The notes beneath the pieces are model-generated. The model worked only from the letters and a program-made list of their open reading frames with translations, was not told where the DNA came from and did not search any database. A program made the position numbers and the translations under genes. This document shows positions 59,947 to 64,000 of a stretch of DNA of 64,000 nt, piece by piece (the first letter of the stretch is position 1; each line of letters starts with the position of its first letter). Source of the DNA: Bigelowiella natans CCMP2755 (Eukaryota > Protista > Cercozoa); NCBI GenBank assembly GCA_000320545.1, contig ADNK01000875.1, positions 318,559 through 382,558 of the forward strand. The letters run 5' to 3'.

Positions 59947-60357
59947 CACAAGTCCGTCAAACCTGCAACGAATCGCCAGAATGTGCATTATTTGGAAGCT
60001 TTTGCGCGCGACCAAGCGCGTCATGTGATGCAATGGACATTGGATTTGCTCGCATTTCTTTGAAATTTTTCGTGCACATCACATTTGGTCAAACGCACAC
60101 GCAAAAGCATTCAAAATGTGGCAGAGAACAAACGCGCAGCGTGCATTATCCGCTACACAACGGGTGTGAATTTTCACACTTTGAGGCCTTGAAAATGGAC
60201 ATTTTGGTCAACATTTCGGTCATTTTTTCAGGTTTGGCCATCGGAAAAGTTCTGATGACTTTTCTTTGACTAACTGCAACTGCTTGCTGCTTCAAAGCGC
60301 GTCGCAAAGCGCTGCACTGTTCACAACCCCGTCGTTACCGGGTTTGACGGACTTGTG
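59947..60357. mobile_element. Non-autonomous TIR DNA transposon (MITE-like), 411 bp
   Basis: Left end CACAAGTCCGTCAAACC-TGCAACGA; right end reverse complement CACAAGTCCGTCAAACCCGGTAACGA (17 bp perfect). No credible ORF inside. Confidence 0.85.
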
Positions 60358-60944
60358 TCTTGTGTCATGCAACATCAGCAGCCAGCTAGTACGTATGTAC
60401 GACACGTGCACATCTACATGTTCTAGCATGTCGTCGATCAGTCGGACAAGTGATATGCGAGCGCTAGAGCGCGCAATGGCAAGCTCTAGAGCTGCTAGCT
60501 AGGCACAATGTAGTATGTACCTACGGCCACATGTATGTGTGTGTGTGTGTGTGTGTGCATGTGTGTGTGCATCATCCATGGATCATGCACAGCTAGACAG
60601 CTACACATTAGCATGTGCGCACGTGTAGACATGGATCGGATCGGACGGACTCCTAATTACAATATTTATAAATTGCTGTTCTGCGCAAGTCATCCTTATT
60701 ACGTGCCCGCTCAGCATACTGTATGCATGCCACATGCATGTTTAGATGTTCATGAAACATTCATACAAATGGTCTGATCAGACCTTTTGGACATCTATAG
60801 AGATGCTAGAATGCTAGAATGACAGGAACTGTTCACCCACGATCATTTCTACAATTCCTAATGCATGATGATGACTTGAATCAATTCCAGCGAGGCGTAT
60901 ACATACTACTGTACACATATACCATACATTAAGGGCATACTTGC

Positions 60945-62690
60945 TTACTCTGGTTCCGTTTGATTCGAAAGTGACTTCGCTAATCTGGAATTTGCACGTC
61001 GGAGCCTCGGACTAGGAGGTCGTGGGCGCCTGGAGTAGCCTAATTAAATTTATGGTCCTTCATAAGCTGCTGTGTACACTTCTTGTTTTACAAAACAAAA
61101 ACGAGTAAACTAGTCACAACCGTTGAAACAAAACATATTAATTTTACAACAGCCACGCTTGGATTTAATGATGGAAGTTAACTCATTCCGATTTCCCAAA
61201 ACCTTCAGACTCGCCGATCAATTTTTTTGCTATGATTTGTATTCGCTATCAGACCATCAATTCTTCCAGTTTTTGAGCCATCACCCTTTGTCGGTGGAGG
61301 AGATAACAGCACTGGTTCTGATCTCTCAGGAATGTTTCCGAGAGGCTTTGTGGGTGTTGTTGGCTCTAGAGAGGATGGATAATTGGCAGCTTCATGTCCT
61401 CTTCCTATTGGTCTTATGACCTTTTTGTCCTTACCCTCCACCTCCCCACCCCCATTGTCGGCAGCTTGGAGTCCTTCTCTTTTTAACCGCATTGCCGATG
61501 TAAAAGCAGATTCGGCTAAAGTAAGTTGCTGCGCAGTTTTCTGTGGGAATGTATAGAGAAGTAAATTAAGGAACCCTTGCATTTCGAAGCATTCGTTGTC
61601 AGTAAGTAAGTTGGGGTCGACCTTAATGAAACCATCATTTTCTTTCAAAGTTCGCATTGATTTCTCAATTTCAGCGTGCAATACACCTGGCGATGGGTTT
61701 ATAGGACGCAGCAGAATTGAACACGTTAGTGCCATTGCAATAAGTATTTATTACACGAGTGATTCACACATATTTTATCAGAGAGTTGTTGCGACCAGGG
61801 GACGATGATGATGTCGGGATAGAGCGCGACATGTTGTTGTTGTTGTTAGCCACATCACGAAGTCTTGAACCAGTAGTACTTTGCGAAAAGGAGGCAGGTG
61901 ACGGATGGGAAGAGGTGCTCCTAACACTCTTGCTTTCATTTGCCCTTCTTCTTCGATTCAAGTGAGACCGGATGAGGCGTTGCTGGAGAATGGCGGTGCG
62001 CCTGTTCGGAGGTGTTATTTTTCAAAGGTTTTACTCGCCTTTTGAATTCGTTATTTTCTATTTAATATTAAGGATAAAACTGAATCAAACCTTTTCTCCC
62101 TCTCCAGTTCCTCTAAAAGCACTTCTCGAGATCCTGCGTGCAATGCAAAAGAATCCATCACCACGATCAGCGTCACCATCAAGCAACCATTGTCACCCCC
62201 ACCCTCCGAAACTCTCTTCCAATGAAAAGTAGTATGTGTTAAAAGAACCTTGTTGGCGTCTCGCAGGTACCACTGGCTGGGAGGATGAGTATTCTGGGGA
62301 AAGCAGCTCCGGAGTCTTCTTCCCAGATGTCATCGTCGTCGATGGGGTTTCGCTTCCAACGCCACCGTCAGAAACCGTCGTGGTTGCAATCTGAGCAACA
62401 GACTCATGCTTTAGCGGGAGCACCATAGTACTCGAAGATTTGCATCAACGGAGGAAAGTATTGGCGATAATTGTATGATCGGCAAAAACAACCTCTGCTG
62501 CTGCTTCTTCCTCTTCCTCTCCGTTCCTCTCTTTTTCCTCGCGTGTCGAGGAGGTGTTTCCCTGAAAAGACACATTTCATGAGATCAATGCAGGAATAAG
62601 CTCAACTAATATGATGGCGTGCGGGTAGATGATGCCCTTCTGGGGGGCTTAGGTGTTGTCAGCTTTCACGTATAGATGATAATATGTATG

Positions 62691-62721
<31 letters not shown>

Positions 62722-62870
62722 GGTACTAAAATAGAGAAGATTTTGCAACATCAATACTGGAAAATTTACCAACCTGTTTCTGAGGGGTTTGCTGCTGCGG
62801 CAACAACCGGCGCGGCGTAAGGATTCCTCCTCCTCCTCCTTGTTGCGGTTGTCCTGCCCCCCTACTTCCA

Positions 62871-62908
<38 letters not shown>

Positions 62909-63426
62909 CCCTCTTCTCCTCCCACGTTTATCGTCGTTAGGTGTGTGTGTACGTTCAGCATACTCGGTTGCTGCACGTACATTAGGAGGGGGGGCGGCTA
63001 GCATGCGAACACTGCTATCATCCTCGTCGTTTTCCAATGCAGAACGAAGGGCCTGCAAATCAATTAAAGAAAAGAGAAATGTTGAAAGTCCATCCCAAGG
63101 CATTGTTCAGATTTGTGTTATATCCTTTCCCCGCTCCCTCACACACACCTAAACGTACGTCAATGCACACTACATTCTGCACATTGAGGGCAAGACCTTT
63201 CTGATGCGAGCAATGGCCGAACGAATCCATCTTCTCAGCATCTGAACAGAATCGAAATCCGTCGTCTGCACCAACTCCAGCGTCTCCCCTAGCATCTGGT
63301 CTCCCACAACCAAAACCTAGGGTACAACCCCACAGCGACGATCAATACGATGGCATCAAGGAAGAGGACCATACTTGATGTGCATCGAACGTTGTTACAA
63401 TTGACATTAAGAGAATTTGACATTCA

Positions 63427-63471
<45 letters not shown>

Positions 63472-64000
63472 AGAGACACCTCCTTGGCCTGATTCCAGAG
63501 TCTCCCAAGCTTCTCGGCATCTTTTGAGGCTGATTTAGCCTCTTGATTGCGCTTTTCGTGGGCCTGAATGTGTTGTTACTGGTTGAAAGCAGTACCATAT
63601 CCTAGAGAGTGATGATAGCAGTTCTAGGAGTAGCAGAGTCGTGTTTTAGATATATTCAGCAGATTGTTTCCCCCGCATATCCACCATCTGTTTCGGCAGT
63701 GAAGCAAGCGTATTACCTTCTTCGCAGCGGACACCACCGACGTGAGAGTCTTCTTGAGATGCTTCTGTCCGGATGTGAGGGTGAGGTTCTTGGAACGAAG
63801 GCGGGATACCTCAGCCGACTCCCTCAGTAGTTTCCTGCATTCAGAAGAAGAAGAAGAAGGTCGATCAATTTTTAGGATAAGCGGGTAATAAAGGGGTAAT
63901 AATATGAAATGATGGAGAGAAAGGGGGGGAAGACAGAAACAGGCAGATAGACAGAGAGTACGGAAAGAACGGAGGTGTGGAAGAGGGCGGGGGGGGGGAA
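60945..64000 (-). CDS. Multi-exon hypothetical protein with coiled-coil region and S/P-rich tail; 5' end outside the window
   Basis: Exons KLLRESAEVSRLRSK..SAAKK|AHEKRNQEAKSASKDAEKLGRLWNQAKE|VLVVGDQMLGETLELVQTTDFDSVQMLRRWIRSAIARIRK, ORF 61205-61735 and a last exon RPRPPSPRLRRANSR. No family recognised. Confidence 0.6.

Overview
Eukaryotic nuclear DNA from an intron-rich protist. A bipartite signal+transit N-terminus and microsatellite-laden GT-AG introns suggest an alga with a secondary plastid, possibly a chlorarachniophyte (inference). Most short ORFs in the supplied track are microsatellite artefacts. By hand-splicing I find about 13 genes on alternating strands: unknown(-), Cj0069-family ATP-grasp protein with a mitochondrial-type presequence(+), CC2D2A/CEP76-like(-), a putative plastid membrane protein(+), URI1/Bud27(-), F-box-like/Tudor-knot protein(+), EttA ABC-F(-), COG4(+), C2-fascin-like(-), a 2x La-motif + Nudix fusion(+), a Tudor-like protein(-), UAP56/DDX39(+) and unknown(-). 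Most notable signals: (1) islands nearly free of TpA while CpG is retained, one of them a TIR-bounded element with paired TA->CA/TG changes, suggesting a repeat-directed A:T->G:C hypermutation process; (2) the La-La-Nudix architecture, invisible in the ORF track; (3) a dispersed element lying in the same orientation about 170-305 nt after four stop codons. No rRNA, tRNA or CRISPR array was found. Coordinates of spliced genes are hand-derived and approximate.
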